From Bacteroidales bacterium (GTDB lineage: Bacteria; Bacteroidota; Bacteroidia; Bacteroidales; UBA4417): 64,000 bases of DNA. The notes under the pieces were generated by a model. That model was not told the DNA's origin and searched no databases. It saw only the letters and a list, made by a program, of their open reading frames with translations. A program made the position numbers and the translations under genes. Of this stretch, positions 1 through 9,232 are shown one piece after another; within the stretch, counting starts at the first letter, position 1; every line of letters starts with the position of its first letter. Where the stretch lies: assembly GCA_016707785.1 (NCBI GenBank), contig JADJGZ010000002.1:77033-141032 (forward strand), given 5' to 3'.

Positions 1-1
1 A

Positions 2-286
2 CGCATCGGGAAAGAAATTGACAATGAAAAACAATGGCAGGTATTCAATACCCATGTTGAACAAGTCCATGAATCCCTTTTTCAAAAACTTAAACACGAT
101 TACCCGGATCTTACTCCAAGAGAACTCAGCTTATGTGCCTATCTGCGAATGAATATTTCCAGCAAAGAAATAGCTACACTTATGAATATCAGTACCAGAG
201 GGGTTGAAATAAGCCGTTATAGGATTAGAAAAAAATTGGGTCTGGATAGAAATGCAAATCTTATTGAGTTCATGATGAATATGTGA
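2..286 (+). CDS. 3' fragment of a LuxR/GerE-type HTH transcriptional regulator (N-terminus lies upstream of the window); probable sensor/regulator of the downstream beta-glucan PUL
   Basis: Frame 2 is open from the window edge to TGA 284-286. It translates to ...YPDLTPRELSLCAYLRMNISSKEIATLMNISTRGVEISRYRIRKKLGLDRNANLIEFMMNM, a LuxR-type helix-turn-helix of the kind that ends Bacteroidota propeller/Y_Y_Y glycan-sensing regulators. It is missing from the ORF track because it has no start codon in the window. Confidence 0.8.
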   Translation, partial: RIGKEIDNEKQWQVFNTHVEQVHESLFQKLKHDYPDLTPRELSLCAYLRMNISSKEIATLMNISTRGVEISRYRIRKKLGLDRNANLIEFMMNM

Positions 287-484
287 GTCTTCTATTGAGT
301 AAATTAATTACTCGTTTAAATATGCGGTTACCCAGCTTAAATCCTGCTAAGTCTTAGTTCGTTTTTAGATAACGCTCCTGATACAAATACATAAATGGTG
401 CTTTTTATACGCTGTGTAGTGATTGATGTATTAACAATTGGGAAATAAAAAATATAATAATTTGATATTCTATGATTTAATTTC

Positions 485-560
485 ATATTACATTACTTTT
501 GATGTAATATACATGTAATATTTCAGGCATGTTTGATGCATATTTGATGTACATTGATTT
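485..560. promoter_or_regulatory. Cluster of short direct and inverted repeats upstream of the first susC-like gene; candidate operator/promoter region
   Basis: ATATTACAT (485-493) is the reverse complement of ATGTAATAT, which occurs twice (502-510, 513-521). TTTGATGYA occurs three times (498-506, 532-540, 543-551). The cluster lies in the AT-rich gap between the regulator stop (286) and the SusC start (635). Confidence 0.35.
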
Positions 561-634
561 TTTGTTTACTATGAATGCTGAGTCTATCTTAGCATTTCTT
601 TAAATCTGGCAACCTCAACAACAAAACCAACCAT

Positions 635-3600
635 ATGAACAGAAATCTTTACTATGTACCAAGACACATATTAAATAGGTATGTTTACCTATGCCTGATA
701 TTGAGTTTTGGATTACTTAACCCTCTCTTTGCCCAAACAACATATACTATCAGTGGGACAGTAGCCAATCAGTCAGGCGAAACTCTTCCAGGGGTGAATG
801 TTATTATTAAGGGCGATGTATCCCATGGTACTTCTACAGATATTGACGGTAAATTCAGTCTGACCGCTCCAAAGCCGGAAGTAACCCTCGTATTTTCCTT
901 TGTTGGTACTGACACAAAAGAAATGCAGGCATTTGCAGGTGTTCCTCTTTCAGTAGTTCTGGAAGAAAAGAGCATCGGCCTTTCCGAACTCGTGGTAGTT
1001 GGTTATGGCACCCAGAAAAAAAGTGTTGTAACGGGTGCTATTTCCAGTGTTAAATCTAAAGATCTGGAGAAAGCTTCAATTTCAAGAATTGAGAATGCGT
1101 TGCAAGGACGGACTTCCGGACTCACAATTGCTTCAAGTTCAGGTCAGCCCGGATCTTCTGCTACCGTCCGTGTCAGGGGTACTACAACCATCAACGACAG
1201 TGATCCTTTATTTGTAGTAGACGGTATTGTAGTGGATAATGGCGGCATAGATTACCTGAATTCAGCCGATATTGAATCCATGGAAGTACTCAAAGATGCT
1301 GCTTCCTGCGCAATCTATGGAGCACGTGCTGCCAATGGAGTAATCCTTGTTACAACCAAAAAGGGGAAAGCCGGAAGTATGATTGTTAATTACAACGCAT
1401 ATTTTGGCACACAATCACCAGCTAAAAAACTTGATCTTCTGAATGCAACTCAATATGCTACGCTTCAGAATGAAATGGTTAAAAATTCGGGATCTTCAGC
1501 AATCCCTTATCCCAATCCTGAATCTTATGGAACCGGCACCGATTGGCAGGATGCTATCTTCAATAATAGTGCAGGAATCCAGAAACATGAACTTAGTGTA
1601 AGTGGTGGAAATGAAAAATCAACCTTCTATACTTCATTCGGATATTATGATCAGGAAGGGATTGTAACCACTTCACTATCCAATTACAACAGGCTCAATT
1701 TCCGGGTAAATTCTACTCATAAAGTAAAGGATTGGATAACCTTCGGAAATAATATCGGTTACTCCCATATTAAGAGCAAAGGATCCCTGAATACAAATTC
1801 TGAGTATGGCGGACCATTGGCTTCTGCTATTAATCTTGATCCCATTACTCCTCTCGTAGAAACTGATCCTGATAAAATTGTCTCTCCCAATGAGTTATAT
1901 CTTGGACATAATGTAATCCTGGATCCAAACGGATATCCTTATGGAATCTCTAAGAAAGTTGGACAAGAAATGACAAACCCTCTGGCTTATGAACAAACAC
2001 AACAGGGTAATTATGGTTGGTCCGATAATATTGTAGGTGATGTTTATGCAGAATTAGAGCCAATCAAAGGACTCAAATTCAAGTCAGACCTTGGTACCAA
2101 ACTGGCTTTCTGGGGTGGTGAAAATTTCTCACCATTGTTCTGGTTAAATCCTTCTTATTCCAATGAAGAAACAAGGTATTCAAAAAATACAAATACCGGT
2201 TTCATCTGGAGTCTTGAAAATACAGCCGCCTATAATAAGACATTTGGTAATCACAACGTTACTTTACTCCTTGGACAAAGTTCCTATGTTAGCAATTCAA
2301 AGGGAATGGGTGTAACCTACCAGGGAATACCAGCCTCAACATTTGAAGAAGCTTCAATGAATTTCAGTGTTGCTGATGCCGACAAAACCAGCTATGGATA
2401 TGAAAATCCCGAATATAAACTGACCTCTTTATTTGCACGTGTCAATTACAATTTCTCTGAAAAATACCTGTTTACAGGAATTATTCGCCGTGATGGTTCT
2501 TCCAGGTTTGGCGACAATAATAAGTTTGGTATTTTCCCTTCAGTATCCTTTGGATGGGTTCCTTCTCTGGAAAAATTCTGGCCAAGCAATGATGTCGTTG
2601 ACTTCCTGAAATTAAGAGGATCTTATGGAGTAACCGGGAACGACAGGCTCAAAGATTTCGCCTATCTGGCTATTGTTGGAGGTGGCAGAAACTACACCTA
2701 TGGTTATGATAATCAACTTATTGGTTATAGCCCTGATGCACCTCCCAATCCTGATTTGAGATGGGAACAAACCATTCAAAGCAATATTGGTGTCGAAGCA
2801 ACCCTTTATGAGAATATTACCCTGGTATTGGATTTCTTCTCAAAAAACACTACCGATATGCTAATGGTTGTTGATCTGCCGGGATATGTTGGAGCTGAAG
2901 GTGGACAATATCAAAATGTTGCCTCTATGACTAACAAAGGATTTGAATTAGAACTAGGATATACCCGTCAATTGGGAGGTGTTTTCCTTGATATTAAAGG
3001 AAATACATCCTATGTTAAAAATGAAGTAACCGATATTGGTGAAAAGGAATATATTGATGGAGCAAGTTTCCAGGCAAGTGAATACACTATCAGCCGCACT
3101 GCTGTTGGCCATGCAATTGGATCATTCTATGGTTATGAAGTTTTGGGCGTCTTTAGAAAACAATCAGAAATACTGGGATACACTGATCCTCTCACAGGGA
3201 ACACGATTCAACCCAATGCAAAGCTTGGAGACTTCAAATTTGCCGACATCAATGAAGATGGAAAAATTACTGGTGACGACAGAACATTTATTGGAGATCC
3301 CACACCAAACTGGTCATTTGGATTAACGGCTTCAGCCACTTATAAAGGATTTGACCTGATGGTCTTTGCTCAGGGCGTGGCTGGTAACCAGGTTTTCAAT
3401 GGCTTACGCCGACTTGACATTCCTTATGCAAACTGGACAACCGATGCCCTGGATCGCTGGACAAGTGAAAATCCGCTTACTGATTTCCCTAGAATTGTAT
3501 CTGGTGATCCAAATAAGAATTTTAGCAGACCTTCCAGTTTTTACCTGACAAGTGGCACCTATGTAAGGATTAAATCCATTCAAATTGGATATTCTGTACC

Positions 3601-3784
3601 TGCTAATATGAGGGAAAAAATCGGTCTAAAGAAAACTCGTCTTTATATGGGAGCAAACAACCTGCTTACTTTCACTAAATACCAGGGATTTGACCCTGAA
3701 ATCGGTGGCGGTAGTTATGGTATCGATCGCGTTGTTTACCCACAAGCCCGTTCGTTTATTGTTGGTATTGATGTAACCTTTTAA
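635..3784 (+). CDS. SusC-family TonB-dependent outer-membrane glycan transporter (pair 1)
   Basis: 1049 aa with a signal peptide and a carboxypeptidase-regulatory-like domain (TISGTVANQSGETLPGVNVIIKG...DGKFSL). It has the SusC plug motif LSELVVVGYGTQKK and the terminal beta-strand ...FIVGIDVTF. A SusD gene follows 11 nt downstream. Confidence 0.95.
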   Translation: MNRNLYYVPRHILNRYVYLCLILSFGLLNPLFAQTTYTISGTVANQSGETLPGVNVIIKGDVSHGTSTDIDGKFSLTAPKPEVTLVFSFVGTDTKEMQAFAGVPLSVVLEEKSIGLSELVVVGYGTQKKSVVTGAISSVKSKDLEKASISRIENALQGRTSGLTIASSSGQPGSSATVRVRGTTTINDSDPLFVVDGIVVDNGGIDYLNSADIESMEVLKDAASCAIYGARAANGVILVTTKKGKAGSMIVNYNAYFGTQSPAKKLDLLNATQYATLQNEMVKNSGSSAIPYPNPESYGTGTDWQDAIFNNSAGIQKHELSVSGGNEKSTFYTSFGYYDQEGIVTTSLSNYNRLNFRVNSTHKVKDWITFGNNIGYSHIKSKGSLNTNSEYGGPLASAINLDPITPLVETDPDKIVSPNELYLGHNVILDPNGYPYGISKKVGQEMTNPLAYEQTQQGNYGWSDNIVGDVYAELEPIKGLKFKSDLGTKLAFWGGENFSPLFWLNPSYSNEETRYSKNTNTGFIWSLENTAAYNKTFGNHNVTLLLGQSSYVSNSKGMGVTYQGIPASTFEEASMNFSVADADKTSYGYENPEYKLTSLFARVNYNFSEKYLFTGIIRRDGSSRFGDNNKFGIFPSVSFGWVPSLEKFWPSNDVVDFLKLRGSYGVTGNDRLKDFAYLAIVGGGRNYTYGYDNQLIGYSPDAPPNPDLRWEQTIQSNIGVEATLYENITLVLDFFSKNTTDMLMVVDLPGYVGAEGGQYQNVASMTNKGFELELGYTRQLGGVFLDIKGNTSYVKNEVTDIGEKEYIDGASFQASEYTISRTAVGHAIGSFYGYEVLGVFRKQSEILGYTDPLTGNTIQPNAKLGDFKFADINEDGKITGDDRTFIGDPTPNWSFGLTASATYKGFDLMVFAQGVAGNQVFNGLRRLDIPYANWTTDALDRWTSENPLTDFPRIVSGDPNKNFSRPSSFYLTSGTYVRIKSIQIGYSVPANMREKIGLKKTRLYMGANNLLTFTKYQGFDPEIGGGSYGIDRVVYPQARSFIVGIDVTF

Positions 3785-3795
3785 TTTAAACTGAA

Positions 3796-5295
3796 ATGAA
3801 AAGACTCGCAATATATATTTTCTTATTCCTTGCTGGAATTCTGTTGATTACAGCCTGTGGCAAGGATTTTCTTGAAGTAACTCCCAAGGGTACCAATCTT
3901 GAGCCCAACTACTATAAAAATGAGGCTGAAATCATGTCAGGCATTGTTGCCATCTATGATGCATTAGGAAAGGAGATAGAAAACAATAAATATTCCTGCA
4001 GGATAGGGATGTTAAATTGTGCTTCTGATGATTGCTTTGCCGGAGGAGGAGATGCCTCTGATATTCCAGACTGGCAAGCCTGGAGTAACTATTCCATTGA
4101 TCCGGGAATTGGTCCTCAGGGACAATTCTGGGATAGAAGTTATAAAGGTATTTTCCGGGCGAATGTACTCTTATCCAAAATTGATGGAGTTAAAGACCTG
4201 ACAGCCTCCAAGAAAGCCCGCTACCTTGCCGAAGCAAAATTTCTGAGGGCTTACTTCTATTTTGACCTTATCAGGCTCTTTAAAAATATCCCCCTCGTAC
4301 TTACACCTCTGTCTGCCTCTGAAATGTATGCTATCACCCAGGCAAAACCAGAAGATGTATGGGCACAGATCGAAAAAGATTTGAAAGAAGCAATTCCTGA
4401 TCTTCCAGAAGTAGTTTCCGCAGACGAAAATGGACGCGTAACAAAAATGGCAGCCATAGCCTATCTTGGGAAGGTTATCCTCACTCAGAATGATGAATCA
4501 AGAATGCTTGAAGTTGCAGTATTACTTGAAGAAGTAAATACTTCAGCCAACTATTCATTAGTAGCTGATTATGGCACTCTTTTCCGTCCGGATAATAAGT
4601 TCAACAGTGAATCATTGTTCGAAATTTCCCATACTTCCTTATCAAATGAATACTGGGGTGGTTATTCCAACCTCAGTGAAGGGAATGTCCTGGTGCAAAT
4701 GATAGGCCCCCGTGGCTATACAGGCCCTACTTATAAAGAAGGTTATGGTTTTAATGTAATTACGCTGGATCTGGTAAATTTACTCAAAACTGATCCCCGC
4801 TACTCCCATACTATCATAAACGTTGATAGTCTGAAAGTTGCCGGTGTTGCCAATTACGTAGCCGGATATCAGAATACGGGATTCTTCATGAAAAAATATG
4901 CCCCCCTTATTGAATTCTTCTCAACCGGTGGAGGTGACCTCGTTCTGAATTATCCATATAACATCATTGAAATGAGGCTTGCAGATACTTATCTTATGGA
5001 AGCTGAAGCGCTTGTTCGTGGAGGTGGGGACCTGACAAAAGCTGAATTTTATCTGAATAAAGTCAGGGAACGTGTAGGTTTAGGCCCGGTTGCTGCTACC
5101 CTTGAAAATATTTACAGGGAACGCAGACTTGAACTTGCCACCGAAGGACAACGGTATTTTGACCTGATTCGCACAGGAAAAGCCGCTTCTGCATTGGCAT
5201 TTAAGAATTTTGTAGCCGGCAAACATGAAATTCTGCCAATTCCGTTATCGGAACTCAATAACACTAAAATGCAGCAAAATCCTAATTATAATTAA
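3796..5295 (+). CDS. SusD/RagB-family glycan-binding outer-membrane lipoprotein (pair 1)
   Basis: 499 aa with lipobox LLITAC-GK. SusD-like sequence is present (FLRAYFYFDLIRLFKNIPL, RERRLELATEGQRYFDLIR) and the position immediately after SusC fits. Confidence 0.93.
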   Translation: MKRLAIYIFLFLAGILLITACGKDFLEVTPKGTNLEPNYYKNEAEIMSGIVAIYDALGKEIENNKYSCRIGMLNCASDDCFAGGGDASDIPDWQAWSNYSIDPGIGPQGQFWDRSYKGIFRANVLLSKIDGVKDLTASKKARYLAEAKFLRAYFYFDLIRLFKNIPLVLTPLSASEMYAITQAKPEDVWAQIEKDLKEAIPDLPEVVSADENGRVTKMAAIAYLGKVILTQNDESRMLEVAVLLEEVNTSANYSLVADYGTLFRPDNKFNSESLFEISHTSLSNEYWGGYSNLSEGNVLVQMIGPRGYTGPTYKEGYGFNVITLDLVNLLKTDPRYSHTIINVDSLKVAGVANYVAGYQNTGFFMKKYAPLIEFFSTGGGDLVLNYPYNIIEMRLADTYLMEAEALVRGGGDLTKAEFYLNKVRERVGLGPVAATLENIYRERRLELATEGQRYFDLIRTGKAASALAFKNFVAGKHEILPIPLSELNNTKMQQNPNYN

Positions 5296-5418
5296 TTGTT
5301 TGTAATCACTCCTGCTTATATCAATACGATCAACTATTGATGACTACAGGAATTTAAGATAGAGACTGGAATTTAACGATTGTTAAGACTGGTTTTGAGG
5401 TTGAATTTGTTGTTGATC

Positions 5419-5447
5419 GGGACTGGCTGACCATTTCAGCCAGTCCC
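5419..5447 (+). terminator. Hairpin downstream of SusD-1 (putative intrinsic terminator/attenuator)
   Basis: Perfect 12-bp stem GGGACTGGCTGA (5419-5430) / TCAGCCAGTCCC (5436-5447) with a 5-nt loop. The T-tract after it is only weak (TTG). Confidence 0.5.
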
Positions 5448-5707
5448 TTGTCAAGAAAGAAAAAATGGAATTGTGCAAAAAGCCTTGCTACTAATAAATG
5501 ATTTCATGTTTTTTAAACAACTAAATAGATGGCTAAAAAGGAGTAGATAATTCAATTATTTTTAAGCCAATCTGTAATTTGATTCTATCATAATCCGCAG
5601 TATAATTGATAATTAAGCCTTGACAAACCAATCCGCTTGCAAACCGATATAAAAAAATTGTACTTTTATAGTGATAAAATCCAACTCAGACGTTATTATT
5701 ATAACCA

Positions 5708-7180
5708 ATGAGTAATAAAATAATGAGGAAAACTTGTCCATACTTTCTGATTGGTCTGATGCTTTTATTTATTGCATCGGGCTCAGCTTTCAGTTGTGGA
5801 AAATCAGGAAATCCAAATACGGAAGATCCGGATACAAATATATCCGTTGCAAATCGGGATATTGAAGCCTGGATAACCTATTCTGACAAGACTTTCCTTC
5901 TTAGAAAGCAGTTACAGGCATTATCCTTCGGAAGTGTAAATACCCAATTCCCAACCATTATAATTGATACAACACAATCCTTTCAGACCATTGATGGCTT
6001 TGGATTTGCAATGACAGGCGGAAGTGCATATGTTCTGAATAATTTACCTGAATCAGCCCGTGAATCCATTATGCATGAGTTGTTTTCTTCTGATAGCGGA
6101 TGTATTGGCATCAGCTACCTGAGAATAAGCATAGGGGCCTCAGATCTTGATGCCACTGTGTTCTCATATGATGATGTCCCTTCTGGCCAAACTGATCCTG
6201 AATTAAAGAATTTCACATTGGATAAAGACAGGGAAAACCTGATTCCAATGCTTAAAACCGCATTAAAGTACAATCCCGGACTTAAAATTATGGGATCTCC
6301 CTGGTCGGCTCCTGTATGGATGAAGTCCAATAAATATTCTGTTGGAGGCAGTCTTAAACCAGAATATTATGATGCCTATGCCAGGTATTTTGTTAAATAT
6401 ATTAAGGGGATGGAAACAGAAGGAATCCTGATTGATGCCATTACTCCTCAGAATGAACCTCTAAATCCAAATAATAACCCTAGCATGGTGATGACTTCAG
6501 ATGAACAGAAAGTGTTTATCCGTGATTTCCTCGGTCCAGCCTTTCAGAATGAGAACATCAAAACGAAGATCATTGTCTATGACCACAATTGTGATCACCC
6601 TGAATATGCTACCAATATTCTTGATGATTCAGAAGCTCGGAAATATATTGATGGATCCGGTTTCCATCTTTATGCCGGGAACATTTCAGCATTAGGACAG
6701 GTGCATACCAAACATCCTGACAAGAACGTTTACTTTACCGAACAATGGGTAGGCGGACCCAGCAATTTTGGTCCGGATCTGCAATGGCATATTAAGAATC
6801 TTATCATTGGAGCTACAAGAAACTGGAGTAAAAATGTAATTGAGTGGAACCTTGCCTCTGATCCATATTATAAACCTCATACAAATGGCGGATGCACCAA
6901 TTGCGAAGGCGCATTGACTGTTCACCTCTCCGTGAGCCGAAATGTTTCCTATTATATTATTGGGCATGCTTCCGGATTTGTAAAAAGTGGTTCAGTGAGG
7001 ATTGGATCTTCAATGCCATCAAAATTGTCAAATGTTGCATTTAAAACACCAGATGGAAAAACCGTGTTAATAGTTTTAAATGAAAACACCGATTCCCAAT
7101 CATTCAGTATTCAATCCGGAACCAGGAAAGCAACTACAACCTTGCCGGGTGGTGCTGTAGCGACTTATGTATGGAAATAA
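5708..7180 (+). CDS. Glycoside hydrolase family 30 lipoprotein (likely beta-1,6-glucanase type)
   Basis: 490 aa with lipobox AFSC-GK. GH30 motifs are IDGFGFAMTGGSAY, GSPWSAPVWMK, ITPQNEP (acid/base Glu) and YFTEQW (nucleophile Glu). Confidence 0.85.
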   Translation: MSNKIMRKTCPYFLIGLMLLFIASGSAFSCGKSGNPNTEDPDTNISVANRDIEAWITYSDKTFLLRKQLQALSFGSVNTQFPTIIIDTTQSFQTIDGFGFAMTGGSAYVLNNLPESARESIMHELFSSDSGCIGISYLRISIGASDLDATVFSYDDVPSGQTDPELKNFTLDKDRENLIPMLKTALKYNPGLKIMGSPWSAPVWMKSNKYSVGGSLKPEYYDAYARYFVKYIKGMETEGILIDAITPQNEPLNPNNNPSMVMTSDEQKVFIRDFLGPAFQNENIKTKIIVYDHNCDHPEYATNILDDSEARKYIDGSGFHLYAGNISALGQVHTKHPDKNVYFTEQWVGGPSNFGPDLQWHIKNLIIGATRNWSKNVIEWNLASDPYYKPHTNGGCTNCEGALTVHLSVSRNVSYYIIGHASGFVKSGSVRIGSSMPSKLSNVAFKTPDGKTVLIVLNENTDSQSFSIQSGTRKATTTLPGGAVATYVWK

Positions 7181-7303
7181 GCCATTCAGAAAAATAAAAT
7201 ATCGTTAACCAAATTAATTTGCATGAAACAAATCATAACCTAAACCAAAGAAAATTCAATCAAGTACTATTTTTTTATTACTAACCTCAAAAACCAATTA
7301 AAC

Positions 7304-9079
7304 ATGAAACACTTACAGAAGTACACATGGGCAGTATTGCTGCTCCTGGTTATTCCCTTAATCTATTCTTCCTGCAAGAAGGAAGAAGAAGCTGAGGTAA
7401 TTGCCAGTTTCACCTTTCAAGTTGATGCCAGCAATTATAAACTGGTAAAATTCACGAATACCTCTCAGAATTACTCTACTGTTTCCTGGGCTTTCGGTGA
7501 TGGAACTACCTCAACAGAAGTTAGCCCGGAACATACCTACACCGCTGAAGGAGATTTCAATGTTTCTATGACAGTTACCTCTTCAGGTGGTGCCACTGAT
7601 ACTTATGCACAGAAAATTACCATTTCTGACCCTAATGTAATGCTGACAAAATTGGTAGGTGCAACCTCCAAATCATGGAAGCTTTTAAGGGATGTAAGCA
7701 CCGGAGTTTTCCCACTGGAAGTTGGACCAATTGACAGGTCAACCATTTGGTGGGCTGTTGGAAATAATAATGATGAACTCGCCAATCGTCCTTGTATTCT
7801 TAATGATGAATGGACTTTCAACCGTGATGGTTCATTTACATTTGCCGCTGGTGGTAATTTCTGGAGAGAGGGTGATGGTATTTTCGATCCGGCAAACACT
7901 TGTGGAGAAACAACTGATATGGTTGGAGCAACAGGTGAAGACCTTTCAGCTTGGGGAGATGGTTCACACCACTTCAGAATTGATGCTCAGCAAAACAAAA
8001 TTACCGCTATTGGTAAAGGCGCCTACATCGGATACTATAAAACTTCAACAGATTGTGAAGTATATGAGTTAACTCCAATGATGCAGGATTCTGTTACTTA
8101 TAACATCGTAAGTCTTTATGATGGAGCTGTTGATACTCTTGTGATAGAAGTACAATATAAAGATAAACCAGCTGATCCTGCAGTATTAGGATATTGGAGA
8201 TATGTTCTTGTTCATTATGATGATCCTTCACAGGAGCCTCCAATTCCAGGGAACAAACCAAGTGTTGGTTTCACCGTGGATGTAACAGGTTTAACCATTA
8301 ACTGCACTAATACTACTACCGGTGCTGTTACCTATGAATGGAATTTTGGTGATGGAGCAACTTCAACTGCAGCCAACCCAACTCATACATATGCCGGTGG
8401 TGGACCATACACTGTTACCCTTACTGCAACCAATACCAATGGCTCTTCAACTGCATCCAAAGCACTTTTCGTAACATCTGATGTCCTCACTGAAGCTGAT
8501 CTTCAGGGTGGTGCATGGAAAATTATTGTTGACAACTTGACAATATTTGTTGGTGGTGGAATGGGTGACGCTGGCTGGTGGAGTGTTCCTAAAGCTAACC
8601 TTGATGGAACTATGGCCGGTACTGCTGATGATTGGTCATGTATGGCTGATGATGAGTTTATTTTCTCAGCAGGTGGCGTATATGAATACAAAACCAGTGG
8701 TTCTGCCCGTAATGATGGCTGGTGGGGTGATCCACACGGCTGTATTGATGACGCAGCTATAGCCGCAAGTGCAGGCAATGGCCCGGCATTCGGAAGTGGA
8801 ATCCACTCCTATGCCTTCACTCCTGCTTCAGGTGGAAACAGGGCTATCATTGAACTGACAAACGGTGCTACAGGTGCTGCATTTATCGGTTTCATGAAGG
8901 GCTTCTACGGTGGTGAAAACACCAGCAGCGCAAACCTGCCAAACGGTGGAATTACTGTCAATAAATATGAAGTAATGGGTTATGCTAAAAACGGTGCTAA
9001 AGAATACCTTTTCGTAACTTGTGATATCAGTGTTGACCATAATGGTTCAGCTTCCTGGTCAACAATCCTGCAAAGATAA
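7304..9079 (+). CDS. PKD-domain surface lipoprotein with internally duplicated architecture; putative surface glycan-binding protein
   Basis: 591 aa with lipobox YSSC-KK. Two PKD modules are present (WAFGDGTTSTEVSPEHTYTAEGDFNVSMTV and WNFGDGATSTAANPTHTYAGGGPYTVTLTA). Each is followed by a ~200-aa module sharing WK...WW...C..DE..F...G.. landmarks. Its position inside a PUL between two SusC/D pairs fits a glycan-binding role. Confidence 0.75.
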   Translation: MKHLQKYTWAVLLLLVIPLIYSSCKKEEEAEVIASFTFQVDASNYKLVKFTNTSQNYSTVSWAFGDGTTSTEVSPEHTYTAEGDFNVSMTVTSSGGATDTYAQKITISDPNVMLTKLVGATSKSWKLLRDVSTGVFPLEVGPIDRSTIWWAVGNNNDELANRPCILNDEWTFNRDGSFTFAAGGNFWREGDGIFDPANTCGETTDMVGATGEDLSAWGDGSHHFRIDAQQNKITAIGKGAYIGYYKTSTDCEVYELTPMMQDSVTYNIVSLYDGAVDTLVIEVQYKDKPADPAVLGYWRYVLVHYDDPSQEPPIPGNKPSVGFTVDVTGLTINCTNTTTGAVTYEWNFGDGATSTAANPTHTYAGGGPYTVTLTATNTNGSSTASKALFVTSDVLTEADLQGGAWKIIVDNLTIFVGGGMGDAGWWSVPKANLDGTMAGTADDWSCMADDEFIFSAGGVYEYKTSGSARNDGWWGDPHGCIDDAAIAASAGNGPAFGSGIHSYAFTPASGGNRAIIELTNGATGAAFIGFMKGFYGGENTSSANLPNGGITVNKYEVMGYAKNGAKEYLFVTCDISVDHNGSASWSTILQR

Positions 9080-9101
9080 TCTTGCAATTAATCCATCTAT
9101 A

Positions 9102-9141
9102 ATCAAGAGTGAGTGGGATACTCCCTCACTCTTGATTTTTT
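9102..9141 (+). terminator. Rho-independent terminator after the PKD lipoprotein gene
   Basis: ATCAAGAGTGAG (9102-9113) pairs with CTCACTCTTGAT (9125-9136), plus a 3-bp GGA/TCC extension with a 2-nt bulge and a 3-nt loop. TTTTT follows at 9137-9141. Confidence 0.75.
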
Positions 9142-9232
9142 AATAGAGGGTTTCATTAACAAAAGTTCTAACACAAATATCTGTATTTCAGCTTTTTGTG
9201 ACTTACGGATCAATAATTAAAAAATAAAATCC

